Part shown: one piece after another, positions 14,709-23,770 of the stretch
Position numbering within the stretch: the stretch's first letter is position 1
How the letters are laid out: each line of letters opens with the position of its first letter
From: an uncultured Clostridia bacterium
GTDB taxonomy: Bacteria > Bacillota > Clostridia > Lachnospirales > Lachnospiraceae
Length of the DNA stretch: 56,913 nucleotides
Direction: 5' to 3'
Assembly (NCBI GenBank): GCA_946611595.1
Contig: CAMODY010000001.1
Coordinates: 1 to 56,913 of the forward strand
Position numbers and translations under genes: made by a program
Notes under the pieces: generated by a model
Told to the model about the DNA's origin: nothing
The model's database searches: none
What the model saw: only the letters and a program-made list of their open reading frames with translations

Positions 14709-14867
14709 ATGAAATACGAATGTAATACTTGCGGCTATACTTATGATCCTGAATTAGGTGATCCTGATAACGGAATCGCTCCGGGAACAGCTTGGGAAGA
14801 CGTCCCGGCAGATTGGGTATGCCCGGTATGCGGAGTTGGAAAAGAAGACTTTTCACCTGCAGAATAA
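14709..14867 (+). CDS. Rubredoxin (52 aa)
   Basis: Below the ORF-track size cut-off. The ATG at 14709 to the TAA at 14865-14867 translates to [52 protein letters not shown]. This has both CxxCG knuckles and the conserved aromatic core. Confidence 0.9.
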   Translation: MKYECNTCGYTYDPELGDPDNGIAPGTAWEDVPADWVCPVCGVGKEDFSPAE

Positions 14868-14889
14868 AGAATAAGATGAATATCTAAAG

Positions 14890-14924
14890 AAATGGGGGCA
14901 AGAGAAATCTTTCTCCCATTTTTG
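14890..14924 (+). terminator. Terminator-like hairpin after rubredoxin
   Basis: aaatggggg (14890-14898) pairs with ctcccattt (14913-14921), including one G:U pair. A T-run extends to 14923. Confidence 0.5.
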
Positions 14925-14963
14925 TTACTTACAAAATAATCATACCCCGACGAATGCTTACCA

Positions 14964-14972
14964 TGCTATAAT
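14964..14972 (+). promoter_or_regulatory. Extended -10 element TGcTATAAT ending 8 nt before the LCP start codon
   Basis: TG lies at 14964-14965 and TATAAT at 14967-14972. The ATG is at 14981. There is no SD-like purine run between them. Confidence 0.45.
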
Positions 14973-14980
14973 GGTCATCT

Positions 14981-16438
14981 ATGAAAGAAACTATCTTTAC
15001 ACGTATAAAAAATACATTCCTCTCCTGGCCAATGTGGAAAAGGGTTGGAATGATCATAGTAGGCGTTCAGTGGATCGTAACGATCATCGCGATTATCACG
15101 CTTTCACTTTTAGGTCTGCTCTCCGGCAAATGGCTTGCAGTTGCCATTATTATCCTTGTTATCTTTTCGCTTCTTGCATTTATCGCCCAGCACAGTAAAA
15201 CTACACACCTGGCCGGAAAGATAATCTCTGTTTTCCTTTGTCTTGCGATTTTGATCGCTGATATTGCTATGATCCGTGTTCATGGCTTCTTAGACAAAGT
15301 CGACAGTAATGTGAAACACACGGAAAGCAAGGACGTCGATGTTTCAAACGATCCGTTTATTGTTTATATCAGCGGTAACGATGAATACGGTGCTTTAGAA
15401 TTTGACGGCATGACCGATGTCAATATCCTGGTTTGTGTAAATCCTCAGAGTAGACAGATCTTAATGATCAGCACGCCACGTGATTTCTATGTGGAATTCC
15501 CCGGTTATACCGAAGGCGAGCGGGATAAGCTGAGTCACTCCGGCTACTATGGAATGGAAGCACAAATTGCAACGCTCGAGGCCTTGTATGACTGCGATAT
15601 CAACTACTACGTTTGGCTTAACTTCACTTCCTTTATTGAAATCGTAGATGCCGTCGGCGGTATCACAATTGAAAATGAACATGAGTTTACTTCTAATGAC
15701 GGTTTTTATTATCCGGCAGGAACTTTAGATTTAGACGGGCTCTATGCTCTGCACTATGTCCGCGAGCGTAACTCCTTTAGCGGCGGCGACTTTTCACGTG
15801 GACTTCATCAAGAGCAGTTTATTGGTCTGATGATTGATAAGATCCTTAGCTCAAATTCACTTTCAATGTATAATGACCTGCTCTCTGCAATTGAAAAGAA
15901 CTGCTCAACTAATATGCCGAAAAACCGCATTACCGATCTCATCAAAAAGCAGATTTCAGATAACCCGAAATGGGAGATCGCCATGGCACAGGCAGAAGGT
16001 GCGATCATGGCACAGGCATGTTATACATTTAAACCTCAAGTGCTTTCTGTTGTTATGCCATATGCCAAGTCGATTGAGTATGTGAAACAGATGATGTCTG
16101 ATTGGCGCTCCGGCAAGAAAGTAACGGCTCTTCAGATGCAGCCTGATGATGACTATAGCTACTTAAGTGTCCCTGATCCTGTGGACTGGAATTACTATTA
16201 TGATATTGAAGGTTTAGGTGCAGATGCGATCAATGCGATTTATGGCGCAGAGGTTATCACCAAAGAGACCACAGCCGCTGAAACTACAACCGCTTCAGAA
16301 GGAGGCAATACTCCGGGAGAAGAAGGAGGCAATGAAGAATCGGTTGATCCGCCGCCGGAAAATCCGGAACCCAGCAGCGAAGAACCGGTTGATCCGCCAC
16401 CTGATACCCCTGATTCAGGCGGTGAGGTCACTCCTTAA
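14981..16438 (+). CDS. LytR-CpsA-Psr (LCP) family glycopolymer-peptidoglycan ligase
   Basis: 485 aa. It has a basic N-terminus, 3 TM helices, then the LCP core (ILVCVNPQSRQILMISTPRDFYV ... LSHSGYYG ... YVRERNSFSGGDFSRGLHQEQF). The C-terminal tail is Pro/Glu-rich with duplicated VDPPP(E/D)(N/T)P(E/D)(P/S). Confidence 0.85.
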   Translation: MKETIFTRIKNTFLSWPMWKRVGMIIVGVQWIVTIIAIITLSLLGLLSGKWLAVAIIILVIFSLLAFIAQHSKTTHLAGKIISVFLCLAILIADIAMIRVHGFLDKVDSNVKHTESKDVDVSNDPFIVYISGNDEYGALEFDGMTDVNILVCVNPQSRQILMISTPRDFYVEFPGYTEGERDKLSHSGYYGMEAQIATLEALYDCDINYYVWLNFTSFIEIVDAVGGITIENEHEFTSNDGFYYPAGTLDLDGLYALHYVRERNSFSGGDFSRGLHQEQFIGLMIDKILSSNSLSMYNDLLSAIEKNCSTNMPKNRITDLIKKQISDNPKWEIAMAQAEGAIMAQACYTFKPQVLSVVMPYAKSIEYVKQMMSDWRSGKKVTALQMQPDDDYSYLSVPDPVDWNYYYDIEGLGADAINAIYGAEVITKETTAAETTTASEGGNTPGEEGGNEESVDPPPENPEPSSEEPVDPPPDTPDSGGEVTP

Positions 16439-16460
16439 AACTCATAAATAGTAATGATAC

Positions 16461-16493
16461 AAAAAAAGCGAGGAGCTAATCTCCTCGCTTTTA
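16461..16493. terminator. Bidirectional terminator between the convergent LCP and Wzz-like genes
   Basis: The stem is agcgaggag (16467-16475) / ctcctcgct (16481-16489). It is flanked by an A-run (16461-16467) and T residues (16490-16492). Confidence 0.7.
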
Positions 16494-16514
16494 TGTATTA
16501 TCCAGATTCAATTA

Positions 16515-17597
16515 TTATTCTACAACAACTGCTCCGAGAACATTCAGACCATATCCTTCACAAAGGGTGCGCTCAGACTGAATATCATTAAAGCGACTGT
16601 TTTCTGTCTGAAGAACCAAGATGACTCCATCGGCGCCGGCCATATCATGCAATGCATCAGAACGGCCAAGGATGTTATTTAACACCAGTATTTCAGGAGT
16701 TCCGCCGATCTTAGCAACAATAGCATCCAGAAAATCTTTGTTCTGAACTTTTTCTAATTCAACATTAGAATCGACAGCGATGCAGACTTTCTTAAGATCC
16801 TGCTTATTAGCTGCAATCTGGACTTTTGCAGAAACCATCTCTACGCTTTCATCATAGGAAAGTTTCCGTTTATTTTTCTGTTTTACTCTTCTAAGCCAAC
16901 GGTCAAGAGCTGTCTTTCTTTTGTCATAGAACTTATTAGATCCATCAAAGCGTCCTAAGATCTGAAGGTTCAGATTTTCTTCCGCTTCGTCTGCAGTCTT
17001 TACTGTTGCAGTTGCAATGTATTTGATAATGATCACAATAGCTGCAAGGATCAGTCCCAGTAAAGCACCTACAACAATATATTTCTTGCTGATATGGCGT
17101 CCGCTCGAAGCTTCCTCTTCTGACTCTACATTTGCTTTATGATCATAAGTATCTTCATTTCCCGGGATAATATCAGTATCTCCCATTAAATATGCAAGAT
17201 ATGCTTTCTGATCATCCGTAAAACGGGATTTAGTAGCAGAAATGTTGTTCTGGGCTGTGGTGATATTCTTGAAACTCTCAAGCTTCTCATTTGCATCAGA
17301 AATACTATTTAATTCATCTAAGAGTCTGGTATATTCCTGAGTTGCTTCATACAGCTGATCTACTTCTCCCATTGCATCCGGTCCAAGTACGTCTTCCCAG
17401 ACCGCTTCCTTCTTAGAAGTATCAACAGGTTCTGTACTTGCTGGAGCAGATCCGCCACTTTTATACCAACCATATGCGCCTAATACAACTGCTCCAATAA
17501 TCAGGCAGATAAGAAGCGATCTCCATCTCTGGCATAAACTGATGAATAAATCAAAAACCCTGATTTCCCGTTCTTCTCTTTCTTCTCTTAATTCCAT
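16515..17597 (-). CDS. Wzz/CpsC-like chain-length regulator fused to a degenerate (P-loop-less) CpsD/BY-kinase-like domain
   Basis: 360 aa. It has two TMs (aa ~28-45 and ~173-195) flanking a coiled extracytoplasmic loop. The C-terminal roughly 110 aa resemble the CpsD C-half (ADGVILVLQTENSRFNDIQSERTLCEGYGLNVLGAVV) but lack GxxGxGK[ST]. Confidence 0.55.
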   Translation of the reverse strand: MELREEREEREIRVFDLFISLCQRWRSLLICLIIGAVVLGAYGWYKSGGSAPASTEPVDTSKKEAVWEDVLGPDAMGEVDQLYEATQEYTRLLDELNSISDANEKLESFKNITTAQNNISATKSRFTDDQKAYLAYLMGDTDIIPGNEDTYDHKANVESEEEASSGRHISKKYIVVGALLGLILAAIVIIIKYIATATVKTADEAEENLNLQILGRFDGSNKFYDKRKTALDRWLRRVKQKNKRKLSYDESVEMVSAKVQIAANKQDLKKVCIAVDSNVELEKVQNKDFLDAIVAKIGGTPEILVLNNILGRSDALHDMAGADGVILVLQTENSRFNDIQSERTLCEGYGLNVLGAVVVE

Positions 17598-17644
17598 AAC
17601 CTATTCCTTACTATATCTGAATTTAATGATAAGTTCCGCGTATT

Positions 17645-18574
17645 TTACCATATATCCTTATGAGAGTCAAAATACTCCCTCATAGCTGCATTCTGCGGAC
17701 CAAAAGAGAAATGACCAACTACAAGATTCTCACTGACCATGATTGGAAGTGAAGAATTAATACAAAACGCGCATAGATCTTCCTCATCTAAACCAAGCTC
17801 GACGCGGCTCCTTAATCTTACTGAGAAATAATGCATCCTCTCCCAGAGGCTCCGTTCAAAAAGAATTGCTCCTATGCTAAAGCGTACCGGACACGGACGT
17901 TCCTCTAAAGGTTCTTCAGCAAGTTTACGGTCGATTTCATCTATAGGAGGGAAATATCCGCCTTCACCCCAGAAGAATCTGGCAACATCGGCACTTGTTT
18001 CAATGATATTTTCAGGTCCCCCTGCATACATCGGTTTTCCGAACAGTTTTGTATATGTATCCGTCAGCCCAAGTTTTTCTAAGAGCCGGACATATCCATA
18101 GCCGTTAATATTGATCAGCGGCGCCATAACGCCCGGGTAATACTGCCCTTCTTTTGCATGTTCGTATGCTTTCATCAAACGGCTGAAAAAGTCGCTGCAA
18201 AGGAAGATATCCTCGTCCATTTTATAAATATACTGTGCATTTGGATGCAGCAGAATCGCTACATTCTGCACGAGGGATACGTGGTTTTCTTTTGTTGAAA
18301 GATAAGACCAGCCTTCTTTCTCACACATCGCATCTATTTCCGGCACGAATTTTCCGGATGTGATAATGCAGACATCGATATCCGGAGTCAGATTCTGTTT
18401 AAACCTGCGAAAGACAGGCTCATACAGATACTCTTTATATCCGGCAAGCACCATAGCCATCTTGTTCTGGCCCTTGGAACGATTTTTAAATGTATAGTGG
18501 CACTTCGTCCGCCGTCTTTCCAGGAACTTCCATATAATGCTTTTAATTCTGCTATACTCAGGATCTTTTTTCAT
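17645..18574 (-). CDS. Hypothetical protein, possible GT-A-fold glycosyltransferase (DED motif)
   Basis: The start is set at the ATG at 18574 (SD AAAGG, 2 nt after the wzx stop). The track start at 18610 is GTG and overlaps wzx by 34 nt. YKMDEDIF is a DxD-like motif after a Rossmann-like alternating beta/alpha N-half. I recognise no named family. Confidence 0.4.
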   Translation of the reverse strand: MKKDPEYSRIKSIIWKFLERRRTKCHYTFKNRSKGQNKMAMVLAGYKEYLYEPVFRRFKQNLTPDIDVCIITSGKFVPEIDAMCEKEGWSYLSTKENHVSLVQNVAILLHPNAQYIYKMDEDIFLCSDFFSRLMKAYEHAKEGQYYPGVMAPLININGYGYVRLLEKLGLTDTYTKLFGKPMYAGGPENIIETSADVARFFWGEGGYFPPIDEIDRKLAEEPLEERPCPVRFSIGAILFERSLWERMHYFSVRLRSRVELGLDEEDLCAFCINSSLPIMVSENLVVGHFSFGPQNAAMREYFDSHKDIW

Positions 18575-18576
18575 TT

Positions 18577-20040
18577 TTATACCTTTTTCAATACTTTTGT
18601 TTTTATCCACTCTGTAATCTGCTCTGTAATAGAGATTGTAAGATCTTCTTTAAATAGCAGCAGGAAAAGATAATAGACTCCAAAGAACAGAACTGCTGCT
18701 ATCAGAAGAGAAACAAAATTACCAAAGTTCATAAACAGAACCCATATACACGCAGCACTTCCTGCTGCCATTGCAATTATGATCTTATAGTATTTAATAG
18801 ACTTATATGTTTGCGCGAGTTCTTTTCGGAGCACAACCAACTGGAAGCAAAGAACAACGAACTCCGCAACCAGCGTGCCGATCGCTGCACCTGCAGCGCC
18901 CATCTGCGAAATTAAAATCCAGTTCAGGATCAGATCCACAACAGCGCCTGCTATTTCAGAATACAGAACATACTTTTCTTTTCCCAACGGAACAAGTACC
19001 TGAATTCCCATGATACCGGTCAGCCCAATCAAAAGGACAGTCGGCATAATGATCTGCATCGGCACAATTGATGCAGTATATGCAGGACCGGACAGCAGAT
19101 ATACACCATTCGCCGCAAACAAAATGAAAAAGAGTGAAAGCGGAGCTGCTGTAAGAAAAACAAAGTTGATCGCCTTCGAGCACACTCTTTTAAACTCATC
19201 ATATTTTCCCTGCTGGATATAATAAGATACACGCGGAAGCAGAACATTACCTAGCGAGGTAACGATTGCTACAAGAAAGGTTTTCACCTTTACCGCAACG
19301 TTATAATATCCTACATCTACATCCCCTTTCATAAATCCCAGCATGACATTATCAAGATTCGTATAGATCGTTATCGCGCATGCCATCGCAAAGAAGACGA
19401 GTACCGGCTTAAAGTGCTTTTTCAGATTATAACCGCCAAGCGGATGCATGATGATATACTTTCTTGCCCGGATCAGATTCATGATATTAGAGGCAGATGC
19501 CGCAAGAACGCTGATCGCTCCATAAATAATGTAGTCGCTTTTCTGGTGAACAAGAAGAAACATCGCTATGACAGCAATCACCTTAAAGATCATCGAGCAA
19601 ACCGTGATATAGGTGTATTGCTCTAATGCCTTAAACAGCCATTCCATTCCGATCGCTGTAAGCAGGATTGTTGCGCTGGCTACGATATAGAGCAGCCTGT
19701 CTTCATACAAGCGTGGAATAAAAGCTAGTGCCGCAGCAAGCAGTCCATAGGAGATAATACACATGAAAAGGTTGATAAAGAGAAGTTCATGCGCTGTTCT
19801 TGAAAGTTTCTCCTTATCATCCCGCACCTGTGCGCAGGCTCTGATTCCATAGGTTGGAATGCCCAGCATCGCAAGCATCACAAAATAATTGATCAGTGAA
19901 ATCGCGAAATTAACCCTTCCGGTTCCTTCCGGAAGAAGTATTCTTGTGATATAGGGAAACGTAATAAGTGGAAAAATAAAACCGGAGACAGTAAGGATAG
20001 TATTCATTATGAAGTTCATCTTAATAGACTTCTGCTTCAT
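18577..20040 (-). CDS. wzx: Wzx-type oligosaccharide flippase (MOP/polysaccharide biosynthesis protein family)
   Basis: 487 aa with about 14 TM helices. The N-terminus (ILTVSGFIFPLITFPYITRILLPEGTGRVNFA) is typical of the Polysacc_synt family. Confidence 0.8.
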   Translation of the reverse strand: MKQKSIKMNFIMNTILTVSGFIFPLITFPYITRILLPEGTGRVNFAISLINYFVMLAMLGIPTYGIRACAQVRDDKEKLSRTAHELLFINLFMCIISYGLLAAALAFIPRLYEDRLLYIVASATILLTAIGMEWLFKALEQYTYITVCSMIFKVIAVIAMFLLVHQKSDYIIYGAISVLAASASNIMNLIRARKYIIMHPLGGYNLKKHFKPVLVFFAMACAITIYTNLDNVMLGFMKGDVDVGYYNVAVKVKTFLVAIVTSLGNVLLPRVSYYIQQGKYDEFKRVCSKAINFVFLTAAPLSLFFILFAANGVYLLSGPAYTASIVPMQIIMPTVLLIGLTGIMGIQVLVPLGKEKYVLYSEIAGAVVDLILNWILISQMGAAGAAIGTLVAEFVVLCFQLVVLRKELAQTYKSIKYYKIIIAMAAGSAACIWVLFMNFGNFVSLLIAAVLFFGVYYLFLLLFKEDLTISITEQITEWIKTKVLKKV

Positions 20041-20047
20041 ATTTGAA

Positions 20048-21484
20048 TTATTTAGCCCCTTTTCTCTGAAGCACCACCTTCACTGTTTTCAGTAAGATTT
20101 TTAAATCCAGACCAAGCGTCCACTCACGGATATAGGAATTATCAAGTTCGACGATTTTTTCAAAATCCGTTATTTCGCTTCGTCCGCTTACCTGCCAAAG
20201 TCCTGTAAGACCCGGCTTAAAAGATAACCTCATCTTATGATGCGGCTCATAATGTTCAAACTCTTCAAGCGTAGGCGGTCTTGTACCAACCAGTGACATA
20301 TCGCCTTTAAGAATGTTCCAGAACTGCGGGAACTCGTCTAAAGACCAGTCACGGATCTTATGTCCGATTCCCGGAAGGATACGCGGATCATTCTCCATCT
20401 TGAACATTAAGCCGTCCATTTCGTTTTGAGCCATGAGCTCTTTCTTACGCTCTTCCGCATCCATGTACATAGAACGGAATTTATAGATATAGAACTGGCG
20501 TCCGTTTTTACCGATACGGATCTGCTTAAAGAAGACCGGTCCCTTATCCTTTGCTTTGATCATCGGAGCTAAGATCAGGTATAAAATACCTGTGACCAGG
20601 GTACCGAAGAAACCGCCGATAATATCAAAGATACGCTTGATAGCCAGCTTTGCAGAGGATGCGGTATTGTTACTGGTTGTTACAACAATGCTGCTTCCCA
20701 TATGTTCAATAATGGTATTCGGATATCCCTTTGTCTGTCCCGGTACACCGATATGAACTGTGATACCTGTTTCAAGAAAATAGTTGACCAGGATCTGCTC
20801 TTTGATTTCGTCTGAAAGAATGATCAATACTTCATCTACGACGTCTGAAAGTACATACTGACGGATATTGGAGTCGTCACAAAGGACAGGATATGTCCTC
20901 TCTGAATCATCTTTTGATGGGATCTCTTCTCCGATCCGGTTGTCATCCAAGATCGCAACTCCCTTGATATTAAAAGAGTTATAGGACTTTGCAGAAGCCG
21001 CTGTGATACAGTCCTCTAAATGGGCTGCATCTGTGACGATCAAAAGCCAAGGAAGCATATTTCCTTTTCTCATCCGCATACGGATAAAGTGCTTCCATAG
21101 GACGCGCTCTGCATAGATCAGCAGGAATGAGATCAATGCTGTAAAACCAAACACAATACGGCTGAACAGCTCTGACTGCTGTGTTGCAAACATATAGAAC
21201 GCAACTAAAAGGAAGGTAATGGCGATCTGAAGGAGCGTTCGCCATAGTTCCTCCCACTTACTTCTTTGAAGAATACTTTTATATGCTTGATTAATAACCG
21301 CTACCAGAAGGTAGAGGACTAACATGATGATACCAAGCCTCGTAAAGAGGGTGATCTGATCATGATTCAGTCTAAATTGAAAACGGATCAGTACCACTGC
21401 AATATAAACAACAGCAAGAATGATAAGATCCCAAATTGCAAAATCTAAATGTTTCAGCCATGATTGGCTCGTTTTCTTGTACAT
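20048..21484 (-). CDS. Large polyprenyl-phosphate hexose-1-phosphate transferase (WbaP/CpsE-type priming PGT)
   Basis: 478 aa. It has 4-5 N-terminal TMs, a central domain and a C-terminal bacterial sugar transferase domain (KRIFDIIGG ... FKFRSM ... DEFPQFWNILKGDMSLVGTRPP ... KPGLTGLWQVSGRS). Confidence 0.85.
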   Translation of the reverse strand: MYKKTSQSWLKHLDFAIWDLIILAVVYIAVVLIRFQFRLNHDQITLFTRLGIIMLVLYLLVAVINQAYKSILQRSKWEELWRTLLQIAITFLLVAFYMFATQQSELFSRIVFGFTALISFLLIYAERVLWKHFIRMRMRKGNMLPWLLIVTDAAHLEDCITAASAKSYNSFNIKGVAILDDNRIGEEIPSKDDSERTYPVLCDDSNIRQYVLSDVVDEVLIILSDEIKEQILVNYFLETGITVHIGVPGQTKGYPNTIIEHMGSSIVVTTSNNTASSAKLAIKRIFDIIGGFFGTLVTGILYLILAPMIKAKDKGPVFFKQIRIGKNGRQFYIYKFRSMYMDAEERKKELMAQNEMDGLMFKMENDPRILPGIGHKIRDWSLDEFPQFWNILKGDMSLVGTRPPTLEEFEHYEPHHKMRLSFKPGLTGLWQVSGRSEITDFEKIVELDNSYIREWTLGLDLKILLKTVKVVLQRKGAK

Positions 21485-21510
21485 AGGCGAATTTTACTAT
21501 AAAAAGTGTT

Positions 21511-22731
21511 TTATTGCAATGAAGACGAAGGTTTGAATATATCTGCAAGCCATCGTTTTCTGTACGTCAGTGCTTCTCTTTCACAGTATGCAACAGCTGT
21601 GATAATAAGCGGCGTAGCCGCAAAATCAACTAAATAAGGTTCTGTAACTCCATAAAGCGCTGCGCAGATCATCAAAAGACACAGCCAATGATCTCCAATT
21701 TTCACAGCTTTTATATTGGCGATCACATAAATCGCCAAAACAACTGCTAAAAACAGCGCTCCATAAGATAAGAGCAGGCGCATATAAGAACAATCTACAA
21801 AATTATATGCGGCATCTGTAGGAACAACTCCACTTCCATTCCAGGCAATATCATGCCCGTAAAGATTGATCCCATAGGTTTGAACTGCAGCATCTCCCAA
21901 GGCAAGCCGCTCTGTTAAAAGAATATTGAGCTTTTGCCAGAAAGGTTTACTTCCATCATAGAAGATATATCCTGCAACTGAAATAAGCCCGATCAATGCC
22001 GGTGCAACAACTAAAAGCCCTTTTAATTTAGCAGTAAATCTCCAATGGTTTTTAAAGAGGCTTTCTATCAGGAAGAATACTAAAACGACCGTTCCAAGAT
22101 AGAATGGCATCCTTGCATCTGTTTTCCAATAGAGAAAGAGATTAATTGCTTCTAATATTAAAGGCTCAAAGAATCTTAGTTTTTCTTTCCTCAAATAAAT
22201 GTATTGAAGGATAATCCCGAAGAACACGGTAGGCCCGGTACTGGTATAGTGAAATCCAAGTCCATAGCGGATAAGAGTCAGGCCAGCTCTATAGCGGTGC
22301 CATTCCGGATTAGGAGCAATGCCGATCAAACTGAAGGCAACCAAAAGTACAGACATTATAGCTGTAATAAAAAACGAGATTGTAATAAGCCGCCTGCTGT
22401 TTTGGCCATATGCTGCACCAAAGACCAGCCACAAAACAACCATATATTTATTGTCTGCGAAATAAGCAGGAAGAAAGACCGCGATCGCCATGATCGCATA
22501 ACAGATGACTACCTTCCAAGGATATTTTCTGCAAATAAAATTCAGAATAATAATGACAATGCACAAGCCGCAAAGGCCATACTCTATCGTTAATAAGGTA
22601 GTCTCAAATTTTAAACTTGTATCATACAAAATCCATGCAGACAGTCGTAACATGGAAACAATGATAAGTATGATCCACGTTACATCAAAGAGCCTGTCCT
22701 GTATTCTGTTTTTATTCAGCCAGTTAACCAT
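21511..22731 (-). CDS. Polytopic membrane protein, probable Wzy-type repeat-unit polymerase
   Basis: 406 aa with at least 10 TM helices and a larger loop in the C-terminal third. It sits between the GT genes and the priming transferase. I saw no specific motif. Confidence 0.5.
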   Translation of the reverse strand: MVNWLNKNRIQDRLFDVTWIILIIVSMLRLSAWILYDTSLKFETTLLTIEYGLCGLCIVIIILNFICRKYPWKVVICYAIMAIAVFLPAYFADNKYMVVLWLVFGAAYGQNSRRLITISFFITAIMSVLLVAFSLIGIAPNPEWHRYRAGLTLIRYGLGFHYTSTGPTVFFGIILQYIYLRKEKLRFFEPLILEAINLFLYWKTDARMPFYLGTVVLVFFLIESLFKNHWRFTAKLKGLLVVAPALIGLISVAGYIFYDGSKPFWQKLNILLTERLALGDAAVQTYGINLYGHDIAWNGSGVVPTDAAYNFVDCSYMRLLLSYGALFLAVVLAIYVIANIKAVKIGDHWLCLLMICAALYGVTEPYLVDFAATPLIITAVAYCEREALTYRKRWLADIFKPSSSLQ

Positions 22732-23754
22732 TTATTTTGTCCAACGGTTCTTGAATTTTGCATATGCCTTTGAGTTGAAGAGTTTCCCGTATAAGACCGG
22801 GGCGTTCTTGTAACGATTCAGGCGTAAAAACAATTTATATCTCTTGTCTGTCATTTTCACAAGAATCGGATCTTTACGAAGAAGATATTCGCGGAAAATG
22901 GCAGCCTTTTTTCGGCCATCTTTCTTGTTCGGATTCTTGACCAGCAATGTCGCATAATTACTGTTTACCGCTACCGAGATCCTGCGTCTTAAGAATTCAT
23001 CTCTTGCTTTTCCCATCGGTTTACAGGAAATATAATAATCCACAATGCGTTCAACAACAGCCTGATGGTTGCTGACCCGTTTTGCCTGGTTCTCAAAGTT
23101 CGTACTCTGATTGACATCCCCGATGCGGTACTCATATAACATATCCGGTATCACCATAATACGGTCCGCATGCACAAACGGAAGAATAGCAAACTCCTGA
23201 TCTTCAAAGTATGTATGCTCACTCATACGGATACCGGTTTCCCTTAAGAACTCCGTATTAAAGCACATCGAGTGAAAGTCAAGACAATTGCTGACATCGT
23301 CATATTTATCTGAAAGTTTGATCATGTCGATCTGACGATCATTTACACTGCTGACCGGGGAATATTCCAAAACAACGCCATTTGAAATATTTACGGTTTT
23401 AAAGCCCATGATCACAGCTTCTACATCAGAAGCTTCCAGCTTATCCAATACCCCTTTTAAATTTTCAGTTGTGATCCAGTCATCGGCATCGACTACTTTA
23501 TAATATCTGCCGCTGGCTGCATCAAGGCCCGCATTAATGCCTGAACCATGACCGCCGTTTTCTTTATCGATCACCCTTACATCCAATGGATATTTTTCCT
23601 CATAAGCGTGCGCAATCTCGCTGGTCCTGTCTTTTGAACCATCGTTTACTATGATCACTTCAAGGCGTTCATCAACTCCACACATGGAATCAAGGCACTT
23701 CTCGAGAAATGCTTCAACATTATATGACGGAATTGCAATTGTCAGTTGTTTCAT
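22732..23754 (-). CDS. Family-2 glycosyltransferase
   Basis: 340 aa with the motifs LTIAIPSYNVEAFLEKCLDS ... IIVNDGSKD ... VDADDW. Confidence 0.85.
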   Translation of the reverse strand: MKQLTIAIPSYNVEAFLEKCLDSMCGVDERLEVIIVNDGSKDRTSEIAHAYEEKYPLDVRVIDKENGGHGSGINAGLDAASGRYYKVVDADDWITTENLKGVLDKLEASDVEAVIMGFKTVNISNGVVLEYSPVSSVNDRQIDMIKLSDKYDDVSNCLDFHSMCFNTEFLRETGIRMSEHTYFEDQEFAILPFVHADRIMVIPDMLYEYRIGDVNQSTNFENQAKRVSNHQAVVERIVDYYISCKPMGKARDEFLRRRISVAVNSNYATLLVKNPNKKDGRKKAAIFREYLLRKDPILVKMTDKRYKLFLRLNRYKNAPVLYGKLFNSKAYAKFKNRWTK

Positions 23755-23770
23755 CTTCTCTCCAACTTTT

